DNA from: Promethearchaeota archaeon
GTDB lineage: Archaea > Asgardarchaeota > Thorarchaeia > Thorarchaeales > Thorarchaeaceae
DNA: 23,282 bases
Assembly: GCA_014728035.1 (NCBI GenBank)
Contig: WJMJ01000117.1
Span: forward strand, 1 to 23,282
Direction: 5' to 3'
Made by a program: the position numbers and the translations under genes. Below, piece after piece: positions 8,779-16,908 of the stretch. The stretch's first letter is position 1. Each line of letters starts with the position of its first letter. Below the pieces are notes generated by a model. It did no database searches, was not told the origin of the DNA, and saw only the letters and a program-made list of their open reading frames with translations.

Positions 8779-9419
8779 CTTTTAGATTTCTGTTTCTTAA
8801 GCCAGGCCTGCTTTTGTGCATCAACAGCCTTCTCAGGAAGTTGAGAAATTGGTTTTCCCACCTGTAGAGCGGTAACGTAGATTTTGCAGCATCGTTCAAG
8901 GAGCATCGCAGCTTGAAACGCATCTCTTAGACTATCCCCACAACAGATAGCTCCATGATTTGCAAGGAGTAGTGCATTTCGATTTTCCAAATTCTTAACA
9001 ACATTTTCTGCAAGTTCTTCAGTTCCCGCCATTGCATAGGGTGATAATCGAACTTCACCACCAAAAACATGAACCATTTCATCAAGAATGGGTGGTAAGG
9101 ACATGTTAAGCAATGACATGGCTGAAGCGTAGAGGCTGTGAGTATGGACGATAGCTTGGACATCATCTCTCTGTCTGTAGATCTCAAGATGCATAGCGGT
9201 TTCGATACTGGGTTTACGAGTACTCTCCACAATGCCACCATCTAAATCCATTACAAGCATGTCAGCTGGTCCCATCTCATCATATCTAACTGAACTAGGA
9301 GTTAGAACAACATGATTTCTGACCCTGTAACTACCATTTCCTGCAGAGCCCAACACAAGACCAGCATTCTCCATCTCTCTACAAGTTCGAAATAGAACAT
9401 CTCTTTCAGCTTCATACAT
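8775..9419 (-). CDS. Class II aldolase/adducin family protein (L-fuculose-phosphate aldolase-like)
   Basis: GNGS, TPSS, KPSIETAMHLEIY, VHTHS, LANHG zinc-ligand motifs. Confidence 0.92.
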   Translation of the reverse strand: MYEAERDVLFRTCREMENAGLVLGSAGNGSYRVRNHVVLTPSSVRYDEMGPADMLVMDLDGGIVESTRKPSIETAMHLEIYRQRDDVQAIVHTHSLYASAMSLLNMSLPPILDEMVHVFGGEVRLSPYAMAGTEELAENVVKNLENRNALLLANHGAICCGDSLRDAFQAAMLLERCCKIYVTALQVGKPISQLPEKAVDAQKQAWLKKQKSKS

Positions 9420-9495
9420 GGTGTTTCAAGTAACGGCTATTACCTACTCTGATAACCATTTTGTAATTGGTCATATCCTTTATTTTTAATTAAAT

Positions 9496-9903
9496 CTAAA
9501 GGAACCAAACCACGGTTAATAGCCAGGATATAGCCACTAGAACAAATGCACATGGGCCACAACACCGTTTCTTTGAGCTTGTATCTTTCAAGTATCCACA
9601 ATTTTCACATTTTGGAGGCTCGTAGCTTTTTCCACATTTTGGGCATTTTGGAAGTATTCTTGGAGCTATAGAATAGAAGCTATCTGTTCTATCATCTCCA
9701 GAAGGTGGTTTCTCGGTAGGTTTTGGATCCACTGTTGGTTCTGATATATCGGACAAACTGGTTTCTTCGGGTCTGTGTGTTCGTGGTTCTGTACCTAGTC
9801 TAGCTGACTTTTCCACAGACAATCTTCCACAGTGTGGGCAAGTTCTCTCACCTGATGGGATTGGTGCACCACATGCTTGGCATACTCTCTCATTTTTATT
9901 CAT
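9496..9903 (-). CDS. Double zinc-ribbon, tail-anchored membrane protein
   Basis: CQAC..CPHC, a P/E/T-rich linker, CPKC..CENC, then KKRCCGPC followed by a terminal hydrophobic helix. Confidence 0.75.
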   Translation of the reverse strand: MNKNERVCQACGAPIPSGERTCPHCGRLSVEKSARLGTEPRTHRPEETSLSDISEPTVDPKPTEKPPSGDDRTDSFYSIAPRILPKCPKCGKSYEPPKCENCGYLKDTSSKKRCCGPCAFVLVAISWLLTVVWFL

Positions 9904-10007
9904 GCGAACACCTCATTAGTCAATATCATAATTAAGAAATAAACATATGTCCCAAAACTAATTGCTTTTTTACTGACTTTATCTATAGCGTCTAGAGGTA
10001 CTAATTA

Positions 10008-11306
10008 TTGGATGATGAAGTTTTGGATGCAGGTTCCCAAAAGGATGCTATTCCTTTCACAGCTAAACTGACTGCTTTTCACAGGATGGCAGAAACTGAG
10101 AGAAAGAATCCCCTTTTCAAGGATCATTATGCCAAAATGCTGATTGGAGATATGACCAAGTACTCTGAAGAACATCGCTATTCTATCTCCCGTGACGGAT
10201 ACACCATCGCTCGAACATATTACATTGATGAATACCTTTTGAAACCATGGGCAAAATTTCATGATGAATCACAGATTGTTCTTCTCGGAGCAGGACTTGA
10301 TGCTCGAGCATATCGTTTTAGACCCCTTGAGCAGAATTCACATATAATATTCGAACTTGATTTTCCTGTTACAATTCAGTACAAAACAAAAATACTGAAG
10401 GATGAAATTCCACTCTGCAATCTTGTACGTATTCCTACAGACATCTCCAAGCATCAATGGGTATCTCAATTATTCAATAATGGTTTCTCGAAGGATATTC
10501 CTTCCTTTTGGATTATGGAGGGCCTGCTCTATTACGTACCCCAGGATGCATCAATATTTCTACTCAAGACCATATCGGACCTAAGTACTCATAGTGAATT
10601 ATTTGCAGATGTCTGTGTCCCTCCCATTGCAGGACTTAAATTCGGGCCATTCACTCGTCATTTCAAATGGGGTATTGAAAAAGAGGACATTCATGGCTTC
10701 TTTCAGCATGCTGGATGGAATGTCACTTGTGCATATGCTGAAGAATTCGATCAGGGTCGTGACGTTGGTCAGAAAGGAATGATATTCGTTCATGGTCATA
10801 AATCTGAACAAAATAATACATCGGTATCAGATTTGGTTCGTAGTGATAGGGAATATGACCTGTCCCGACAACAGTTACAGGCTCGAGCTATAATTCTATT
10901 GAAGAAATCGCCCAAAGAAATTGAGTACGTTCTATCTCAATATCGGAAGAATCCAGAAGATGGCATTGAGGAGTATCATTGCTTCATAAAAGAAATATAC
11001 CGAAATATCAAGCAGTTTACAACACTCTTTCGTGACATCTCCGATATTGCAAGAATTAGCCCTCGCATACTTGCAGATCCATTTCTGAAAAGAGAACAAA
11101 TATCTAACTGGACCAAAGAAGAACTCGACTCACATATCTATGGTTTCTTGATTGCAATCCTCCAATTCCTCTATTGTACTGCTAACAATCTAGATGGTTC
11201 GGAGTATGCAAATAGCAGTCTTCATGATTTATCTACTAGAAATGAATCAGACAAACTTACTATGTTATCTTCCATTATCTCATTCATAAATTCCGAACTG
11301 AAATGA
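10008..11306 (+). CDS. SAM-dependent methyltransferase (leucine carboxyl methyltransferase/LCM-like family) with a C-terminal helical extension
   Basis: FKDHYA, ARTYYIDE, QIVLLGAGLDARAYR, FELDFP, MEGLLYY. TTG start. Confidence 0.88.
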   Translation: MDDEVLDAGSQKDAIPFTAKLTAFHRMAETERKNPLFKDHYAKMLIGDMTKYSEEHRYSISRDGYTIARTYYIDEYLLKPWAKFHDESQIVLLGAGLDARAYRFRPLEQNSHIIFELDFPVTIQYKTKILKDEIPLCNLVRIPTDISKHQWVSQLFNNGFSKDIPSFWIMEGLLYYVPQDASIFLLKTISDLSTHSELFADVCVPPIAGLKFGPFTRHFKWGIEKEDIHGFFQHAGWNVTCAYAEEFDQGRDVGQKGMIFVHGHKSEQNNTSVSDLVRSDREYDLSRQQLQARAIILLKKSPKEIEYVLSQYRKNPEDGIEEYHCFIKEIYRNIKQFTTLFRDISDIARISPRILADPFLKREQISNWTKEELDSHIYGFLIAILQFLYCTANNLDGSEYANSSLHDLSTRNESDKLTMLSSIISFINSELK

Positions 11307-11363
11307 TGTTGTTTATAGAAATCAACATTTTCTTTTATGGAAACAATAGAAACTATTCTATTT

Positions 11364-12155
11364 CTAACTGAATGAATACTCGAGCAGAATCAGTTTCTCA
11401 ATGCCATCTTTCAGTTCAACTTTTTGGATAATCTCTTTTTCTTCAAATCCCATCTCCTTGAAAATATATGCTGGTCCATTTGGATATGCAGTGCTTTCTC
11501 CTGCTATGACCTGACATGAGGTATATCCTCTGGATGGAAGGTCTTCAATTGCATGACGAATCAGATCTCTTCGATAATCGCCCATTTCTGGTTTGGAGTG
11601 GAGACAAACTATGAATGCAATGTCTTTTCGGTGCTCCGGTATCGGGAATGGAATGAGGTTCCCTGGTAGAATCTGATTTGCTGCAACGGGAAAATGTGAC
11701 AGTTTGCTCCATGCAATATATCCAAAATGGATTACTCCTGTGGCTTTGTGATGACGAAGGGCCCAGTCGCTCTTCTTGGCATCATAGACATCTACTCTCC
11801 CCTCCATACAGACTGGTACTGACCTGTAGATTTCATTATATCTTAAATCTTCAATACGTGACGCTTCTCTGATGGGGTCTCTTTGAGTGTATCTTCGCCA
11901 AGAGTCTAGTTCTCTTTTTTCGATTTTCTTGATGAGTTGTGTATAACTCATAGGTTTATAGTATCGAAGATTATCATCAACGAGTATCAGTAGTGGTGTG
12001 AAAACCTGAAACTCTCTGGCGTAGATTGGTTCTTTTCCGATGTCATAAACTGAAAATGAATAGTCCAACTTCTTTGCAGCAATCTCAACTTCTCCAATCA
12101 TATGTATACCATAGGGACAAAATGCTCCGAAATGAAATAGTTTAATCTCAGACAT
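11364..12155 (-). CDS. Thioredoxin-like domain fused to a GNAT-like domain (YoaP-related)
   Basis: N-terminal FHFGAFCPY...VFTPLLILVD. C-terminal IAFIVCL, LIRHAIEDL, IFKEMGFEE. Confidence 0.55.
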   Translation of the reverse strand: MSEIKLFHFGAFCPYGIHMIGEVEIAAKKLDYSFSVYDIGKEPIYAREFQVFTPLLILVDDNLRYYKPMSYTQLIKKIEKRELDSWRRYTQRDPIREASRIEDLRYNEIYRSVPVCMEGRVDVYDAKKSDWALRHHKATGVIHFGYIAWSKLSHFPVAANQILPGNLIPFPIPEHRKDIAFIVCLHSKPEMGDYRRDLIRHAIEDLPSRGYTSCQVIAGESTAYPNGPAYIFKEMGFEEKEIIQKVELKDGIEKLILLEYSFS

Positions 12156-12248
12156 GAATCAAATCACTGACCTTTTTCCTGTAACTACCAGATATCTGAT
12201 TGGTTGGTCTAAGTTATCTGAATTGCGATTCTTTTCATAATGAAACTC

Positions 12249-12581
12249 TTATTCATCCCAATTTCTACGTGTTGATACTCTGACAGACTCGACCTCTTTT
12301 GGCTCACCATAGACTTCTGACCATTCCTCCTCAGTCAGAATTTCTCTCAGCTTATCTTTTCCTCCTCTTTTCATACGTTCTGATGTGTATGTTATCTTTT
12401 TCACTCTCACTGGGTTTTTTGGGTCATCGTATTCATCCTTACCGTATTTTCGTAGAGTGATCTCAATGTAGTCTTTTAGCTGCTCGAGTTGCTCTTCAAT
12501 CGCATCTCTCTCTTTGTCAAGCTCGTAGTACTTTTCACAGATCTCTGCCATCTCTTCCTCGAATTTCTCTTGAATACTCAT
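12249..12581 (-). CDS. Small charged hypothetical protein with an N-terminal coiled coil
   Basis: Clean 110-aa ORF with a GAGGA SD-like site upstream and heptad pattern YYELDKERDAIEEQLEQLKDYI. Confidence 0.75.
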   Translation of the reverse strand: MSIQEKFEEEMAEICEKYYELDKERDAIEEQLEQLKDYIEITLRKYGKDEYDDPKNPVRVKKITYTSERMKRGGKDKLREILTEEEWSEVYGEPKEVESVRVSTRRNWDE

Positions 12582-12654
12582 TATCTAATCCTCTCTCTTT
12601 TCATCAACATAGAGAGATAATAATCATTCGAGGATTGTTTTCTAGCTAGTCAAA

Positions 12655-13632
12655 TCAAAGCAGTTCATCAATAGCTTTCAGTTGTTCTTTCTTAAGTGGT
12701 CCAAATTTCATTGCACCTACATTTTCTTCTACCTGTCTACTGTTTTTGAATCCGGGAATTGGTATGAGTAACTCGTGCTGTGCCCAAATCCAAGCTAGAG
12801 CAGCTTGGGGCAAAGTTCTGCCATCTTCTTGTAGTATCTCTCTAATTCGTTCTAATCTCTCTAGAGTTTCTGCAGCTTTGCCTTTGCCAAATTCAGTTCC
12901 ATGCCACATGTGGTCTTCCGGTAATTGTGAATCAGCTTTGTATTTTCCAGTCAGTATTCCATATCCGAGTGGTCCTTTGATTAGTCCTCCAATACCATAT
13001 TTTTCAATCACATTGGAAATCATGGTATCATTGTGTGAGAAGATATTATGACGGAATTGAACAGTAGCGCAATGCTTTCTCTTTGCAAAAAGTTCAGCTC
13101 TATCTGGATCATCTGTACTCCATCCGTAGTACCTGATTTTTCTTTCTTTGACTAGTTCTTCTAACGTTTCCAGCACATTTTCAGCTACTTCAAATTCGAG
13201 ACCCCCATCATGTAATTGGTAGACATCAATGTAGTCTGTTCTGAGTCTTCTGAGACTCGCATCACAGGCCTTCTTGATTCCTCCAGGTGTTACATCAGAC
13301 CCGGTAATCTGACAAGGAATATCTGGATTATCAGAATTCATATCCCAAGTCGTAGCAAATTTGGTTGCTATTATCACATCTTCCCGATATCCTTCTAGTG
13401 CTTCTCCTAACACTCTTTCACTTCTCCCACCACCATAGACATTGGCAGTGTCGAATAGTGTAATCCCCATATCTATTGCTTTTCTTATTGCCTTGATTGA
13501 TTCTTTATCGTCCACTTGCCCATATGCTAAAACACCATTTTTTGGATGAAGGAAGGGGCCACCTATAGCCCATCCACCTAATCCCATTGGACTGACTTTG
13601 ATTCCGCTTTTTCCAAGTTTTCTTTTCTTCAT
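12655..13632 (-). CDS. Aldo/keto reductase
   Basis: FDTANVYG, IATKF, SLRRLRTDYIDVYQLH, PIPG. ATG 13632 is preferred because GGTGA lies at 13638-13642. Confidence 0.95.
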   Translation of the reverse strand: MKKRKLGKSGIKVSPMGLGGWAIGGPFLHPKNGVLAYGQVDDKESIKAIRKAIDMGITLFDTANVYGGGRSERVLGEALEGYREDVIIATKFATTWDMNSDNPDIPCQITGSDVTPGGIKKACDASLRRLRTDYIDVYQLHDGGLEFEVAENVLETLEELVKERKIRYYGWSTDDPDRAELFAKRKHCATVQFRHNIFSHNDTMISNVIEKYGIGGLIKGPLGYGILTGKYKADSQLPEDHMWHGTEFGKGKAAETLERLERIREILQEDGRTLPQAALAWIWAQHELLIPIPGFKNSRQVEENVGAMKFGPLKKEQLKAIDELL

Positions 13633-13643
13633 ATATATCACCG

Positions 13644-13688
13644 TTCAAATTATATTTGAATTGTACCATTCAAATAATACTTTAATGG
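13644..13688. promoter_or_regulatory. Tandem inverted-repeat operators between the divergent AKR and wHTH genes
   Basis: Perfect TTCAAAT-TAT-ATTTGAA (13644-13660) and a degenerate copy CCATTCAAATAATACTTTAATGG (13666-13688). Confidence 0.6.
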
Positions 13689-13744
13689 CAAATGTATATA
13701 TGTCTTGTGTACATGGAGAATGTATAGACTAGGAGAGTATTGAC

Positions 13745-14413
13745 TTGGAGAATGATGTTTATCGCGGAACCGAACGCTCAGTTCTGTTCCAATACTGGGA
13801 AGAGATACCAAAATCCAAGTTCCTTGATGTTTCTAAAGATATCTTGAGCTCTCATCCCGCAAGAGCGTCAATACTCAGGATTCTGAAGCTGGGTATTAAT
13901 GATGAAATAGAAGACTCAAAGCGTCATGCAATGAATGCCAGTGAGATTAGGAAGCAGCTTGAAGAAAATCATTCCATCGAGCTCAGTCAGACCAATATGT
14001 ACTTCCATCTGGAGATATTGGATGAAGCTGGTCTGCTTATTCCCGTTGCGCAAATTCTTCAGAAACGTCACTATATCACGTACTATGGTAGGAGTGCCCA
14101 ATATCTCTTTGTTCGAGACCCTGTTGAACGACTCGAAACATTACAAAGAAGGTTTAGCCAGTTATTCGATCTGATGGAAGTGATAGGAGCATCTCCCGAC
14201 ATCGACGAAATGAGGACTATTCCCAAAGAGTATCATACTCTAAAAAGGAAACAAGAGGAATCCTTGGGTGATTGGCTGGTTGAACATGAGGATGCAATTG
14301 ATCAACAAGGGCTTGATATCTCTGAGATTTTCGAAGTGTTGAAGATGGTTGATTCAGTAAATCCTGAGTTTGTTTCTTTACTAGATGGTGTTCGTAGGAT
14401 GTTGAATTTGTAA
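13745..14413 (+). CDS. ArsR-like winged-helix transcriptional regulator
   Basis: HPARASILRIL, MNASEI, LSQTNMYFHLEILDEAGLL, YYGRSA. AGGAG site upstream of the TTG start. Confidence 0.8.
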   Translation: MENDVYRGTERSVLFQYWEEIPKSKFLDVSKDILSSHPARASILRILKLGINDEIEDSKRHAMNASEIRKQLEENHSIELSQTNMYFHLEILDEAGLLIPVAQILQKRHYITYYGRSAQYLFVRDPVERLETLQRRFSQLFDLMEVIGASPDIDEMRTIPKEYHTLKRKQEESLGDWLVEHEDAIDQQGLDISEIFEVLKMVDSVNPEFVSLLDGVRRMLNL

Positions 14414-14536
14414 CTTTGTAAAAATTCATATTCATTTTCGCCATTAATTGTGGCGTAACTAAATGGATATCTAGCGAGTATCCATTCGTTCGATGCAGTC
14501 CAAGTAGGTCTACATCTTAAGATACGAGGTGATAGT

Positions 14537-14611
14537 ATGCACAAAAAGAACAAGCATATGTCCAACAGTAGTAAAATAACAGGTTTTTCAAACAAGAATA
14601 GTTCCAAGTAA
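14537..14611 (+). CDS. Candidate 24-aa basic small ORF (MHKKNKHMSNSSKITGFSNKNSSK)
   Basis: GAGGTGA at 14526-14532, 4 nt before the ATG. It lies in an otherwise empty 320-nt gap and is below the ORF-track size cutoff. Confidence 0.3.
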   Translation: MHKKNKHMSNSSKITGFSNKNSSK

Positions 14612-14654
14612 TTCTCTGAAACTGTTCATATGATTTTCCATTCTCATTAAATTT

Positions 14655-14698
14655 GGGAGGATTGCCCGATATCCTCCCTTTCATTTGATTTCTCTCTA
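14655..14698 (+). terminator. GC-rich hairpin plus pyrimidine tract
   Basis: 8-bp stem GGGAGGAT (14655-14662)/ATCCTCCC (14671-14678), followed by TTTCATTTGATTTCTCTCT. Confidence 0.5.
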
Positions 14699-14735
14699 TA
14701 GTTTCAAAATGTATTTACGCAGCTATTCCTAACCT

Positions 14736-15281
14736 GTGAATGTCTGGTGTTTGATTTTGGCAGCTGAGAATGAACCTGATTTGTGCTGTGTACCATATAA
14801 AAATCGTAGACGATATTATGTGCTCACCGCAGTCTTTCTCGTAGTGTTAGTATGGACTATCCTTTATCTCTGGATAATTAATCCATTGCTCTCTCTGATT
14901 ATGATAGGGTTCTATCTCGCCACAAACTATTTCCAAGCTTACTGTTGCTATTACCAGAGATGTCCCTATATTGGAGCGTTCTGTCCTGCAATCTCTGGAA
15001 TTTATCTTGGCAATATTTTGGCAAATCGTCTAAAGAAAAAGAATGCAGAGATGTCTGAGAAGAAATTCAAACTGCACAAGAATCTGGGGGTTTTGAGCTA
15101 TTTTGCCACTTTGTTGTTCCCTATCTACTGGATATATCTCCTAGGTCTTGAGTTCGCTCTACTGTATTTTGTATTTCAGGTTGCACATTATGCTATCTTT
15201 GGTCTGACTGTCTGTCCCTCCTGTGCAATACGTGATACCTGTCCCGGTGGTGGGCTTCAGAAGAGTTTACTCTCAAAGTGA
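14736..15281 (+). CDS. Cys-rich multi-pass membrane protein
   Basis: About 4 TM segments with CC, CCYYQRCPYIGAFCP and CPSCAIRDTCPGG. The start may be TTG 14757. Confidence 0.75.
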   Translation: MNVWCLILAAENEPDLCCVPYKNRRRYYVLTAVFLVVLVWTILYLWIINPLLSLIMIGFYLATNYFQAYCCYYQRCPYIGAFCPAISGIYLGNILANRLKKKNAEMSEKKFKLHKNLGVLSYFATLLFPIYWIYLLGLEFALLYFVFQVAHYAIFGLTVCPSCAIRDTCPGGGLQKSLLSK

Positions 15282-15377
15282 ATGTGATTCTCATAGATAT
15301 ATTGTAAAATGTTCCAAAGAACAACATACCTTTAATTGTTACAGAGTCTACGGTTAGAATTGGATGCGTGGTTTTAT

Positions 15378-16037
15378 ATGAAAGATAAACTCTTCTTGAT
15401 AGGTTCTGGTTTATTAATTGCAGCTGGCGCTCTATTAGCAATATTTCAACTTGGAGCAGATACTGATGGTCCTATTTTGATATTTATAGGATTAGGGATG
15501 ATTATTGTTGGAACGCTTCTTCTTGTAACAGGATTCACTACTCCTCAGGTTGCTCAGAGCAAAGAAGGTGTGGGACTATCATACATTCTAATTGCTGCAA
15601 GTGTTCTCACTATTATTGGTTCACTTGATGTGAATGCGCTATGGATGTTTCCTCTAATTGGAATCGGTCTATCGTGCATTGTTTGTTTCTCATGGCCTTG
15701 TATATGCAATTCTGGCAAAGGGAAACAACGGAATCGGATTATTGGAATAGCCAATGCTCATGATCAGATTACAATGTATGAACTCAGTCAAAGAACTGGA
15801 TTATCTATGGATGTAGTTCGTGATATCGTCTATGATGCACTTGGAAATAATCAATTACATGGGAAAATGGAGAGCGACACCTTCATCAGAAGTCGTCCAT
15901 CTTCTTCCGCACCTGAACCTCCCCCATCCGTCACACGAGAGCGGGAGATTGTAAAGGTTCTCGTCGTTTGTCCATATTGTGGAGCAAAGAATGAGCAAGG
16001 TACTCCCAAATGTCATAAGTGTCAGGCTTCACTTTGA
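15378..16037 (+). CDS. Membrane protein with a PCI-like winged helix and C-terminal zinc ribbon
   Basis: Four N-terminal hydrophobic segments, ITMYELSQRTGLSMDVVRDIVYDALGNNQLHGKM, a Pro-rich linker, CPYC..CHKC. ATG 15378 is preferred over TTG 15336. Confidence 0.72.
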   Translation: MKDKLFLIGSGLLIAAGALLAIFQLGADTDGPILIFIGLGMIIVGTLLLVTGFTTPQVAQSKEGVGLSYILIAASVLTIIGSLDVNALWMFPLIGIGLSCIVCFSWPCICNSGKGKQRNRIIGIANAHDQITMYELSQRTGLSMDVVRDIVYDALGNNQLHGKMESDTFIRSRPSSSAPEPPPSVTREREIVKVLVVCPYCGAKNEQGTPKCHKCQASL

Positions 16038-16056
16038 TGGAAGTTATTTAGAGAAA

Positions 16057-16090
16057 TGAGGAGTTGTGGACAACTCCCGCATCCTCCTCA
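16057..16090. terminator. Inverted-repeat element between convergent genes
   Basis: GGAGTTGT/ACAACTCC (16060-16077), and an alternative pairing TGAGGAG (16057-16063)/CTCCTCA (16084-16090). Confidence 0.5.
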
Positions 16091-16093
16091 ATT

Positions 16094-16819
16094 CTATCTT
16101 TTCTTCAATATTATTACTAATATGATACCATAAATAGCTCCTACTATTGCTGGAATTATGATCATAGGATTTCTCAGTATGTTGGGATTAGTAGCAAAGT
16201 TTGGTTCTTCATATGGATATAGTACTCGCGTGTCTGAATCTTCAGCAATATTGTCGAAGATGGTCTGTGCAGCTGATGAAGAGTAATTATATGCGCATAC
16301 ATCTGTGCCTTGAACTCTCAACATATAATGAAGATGTGAATGATACGATGGCCCATTGTACAGCAAAGTTCCTATCTCATCACCTGTTTCTACACTTTGC
16401 CCTACTTCAACCTCTATCATGCTGGTCTGAAGTGAGTTGTTTGTGTCGTCATAGAAATCAGGTTCTAATACCAAGTCAATTTGCCAAGCCCAATTATATT
16501 CAATAGAGATTGTGAAAAGCATGTTTCCCCCGTATGTATTGATGTGTTCCGTCTTCGCAATCACCGTTCCAGCTGTTGGTGATATGATTGTCACATTATC
16601 TGAAGTAATCAAATCTATTCCGTTGTGATAGATTCCTGGCTCTCCCCAGTCTGGTGTGTGATACGCACTCAGTTTCTCTATATTCTCTGGTTCTGCTATT
16701 GGAAATTCTAGTGTTGGTGGTTCTGCATCACTAGTGCTCATAGTGTAATAGCTATATCCAATGATGGAAACAATAACTATCAGAGGAAGTATCAGGATTG
16801 CTTTCTTTTTGGCGTTCAT
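16094..16819 (-). CDS. M23 family zinc metallopeptidase with N- and C-terminal membrane segments
   Basis: HNGID (HxxxD), IISPTAGTV, VEVGQSVETGDEIG, HSHLHY (HxH). N-terminal KKK plus hydrophobic helix. C-terminal TM plus KKR. Confidence 0.85.
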   Translation of the reverse strand: MNAKKKAILILPLIVIVSIIGYSYYTMSTSDAEPPTLEFPIAEPENIEKLSAYHTPDWGEPGIYHNGIDLITSDNVTIISPTAGTVIAKTEHINTYGGNMLFTISIEYNWAWQIDLVLEPDFYDDTNNSLQTSMIEVEVGQSVETGDEIGTLLYNGPSYHSHLHYMLRVQGTDVCAYNYSSSAAQTIFDNIAEDSDTRVLYPYEEPNFATNPNILRNPMIIIPAIVGAIYGIILVIILKKR

Positions 16820-16908
16820 TGAGATTCCTTTGTGATTTTCACAAGATACGTGATAAATCTTCGTTCAAGCTGGCTAGATGAAGATTCTTTACTAACCATT
16901 ACTAATCT

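Noticed and set aside
14420..14530. Hammerhead ribozyme or fluoride riboswitch
   Set aside because: The CUGANGA core and the fluoride consensus are absent on both strands.
14302..14607. 101-aa minus-strand ORF
   Set aside because: TTG start with no SD, overlaps the wHTH gene end, and has no recognisable features.
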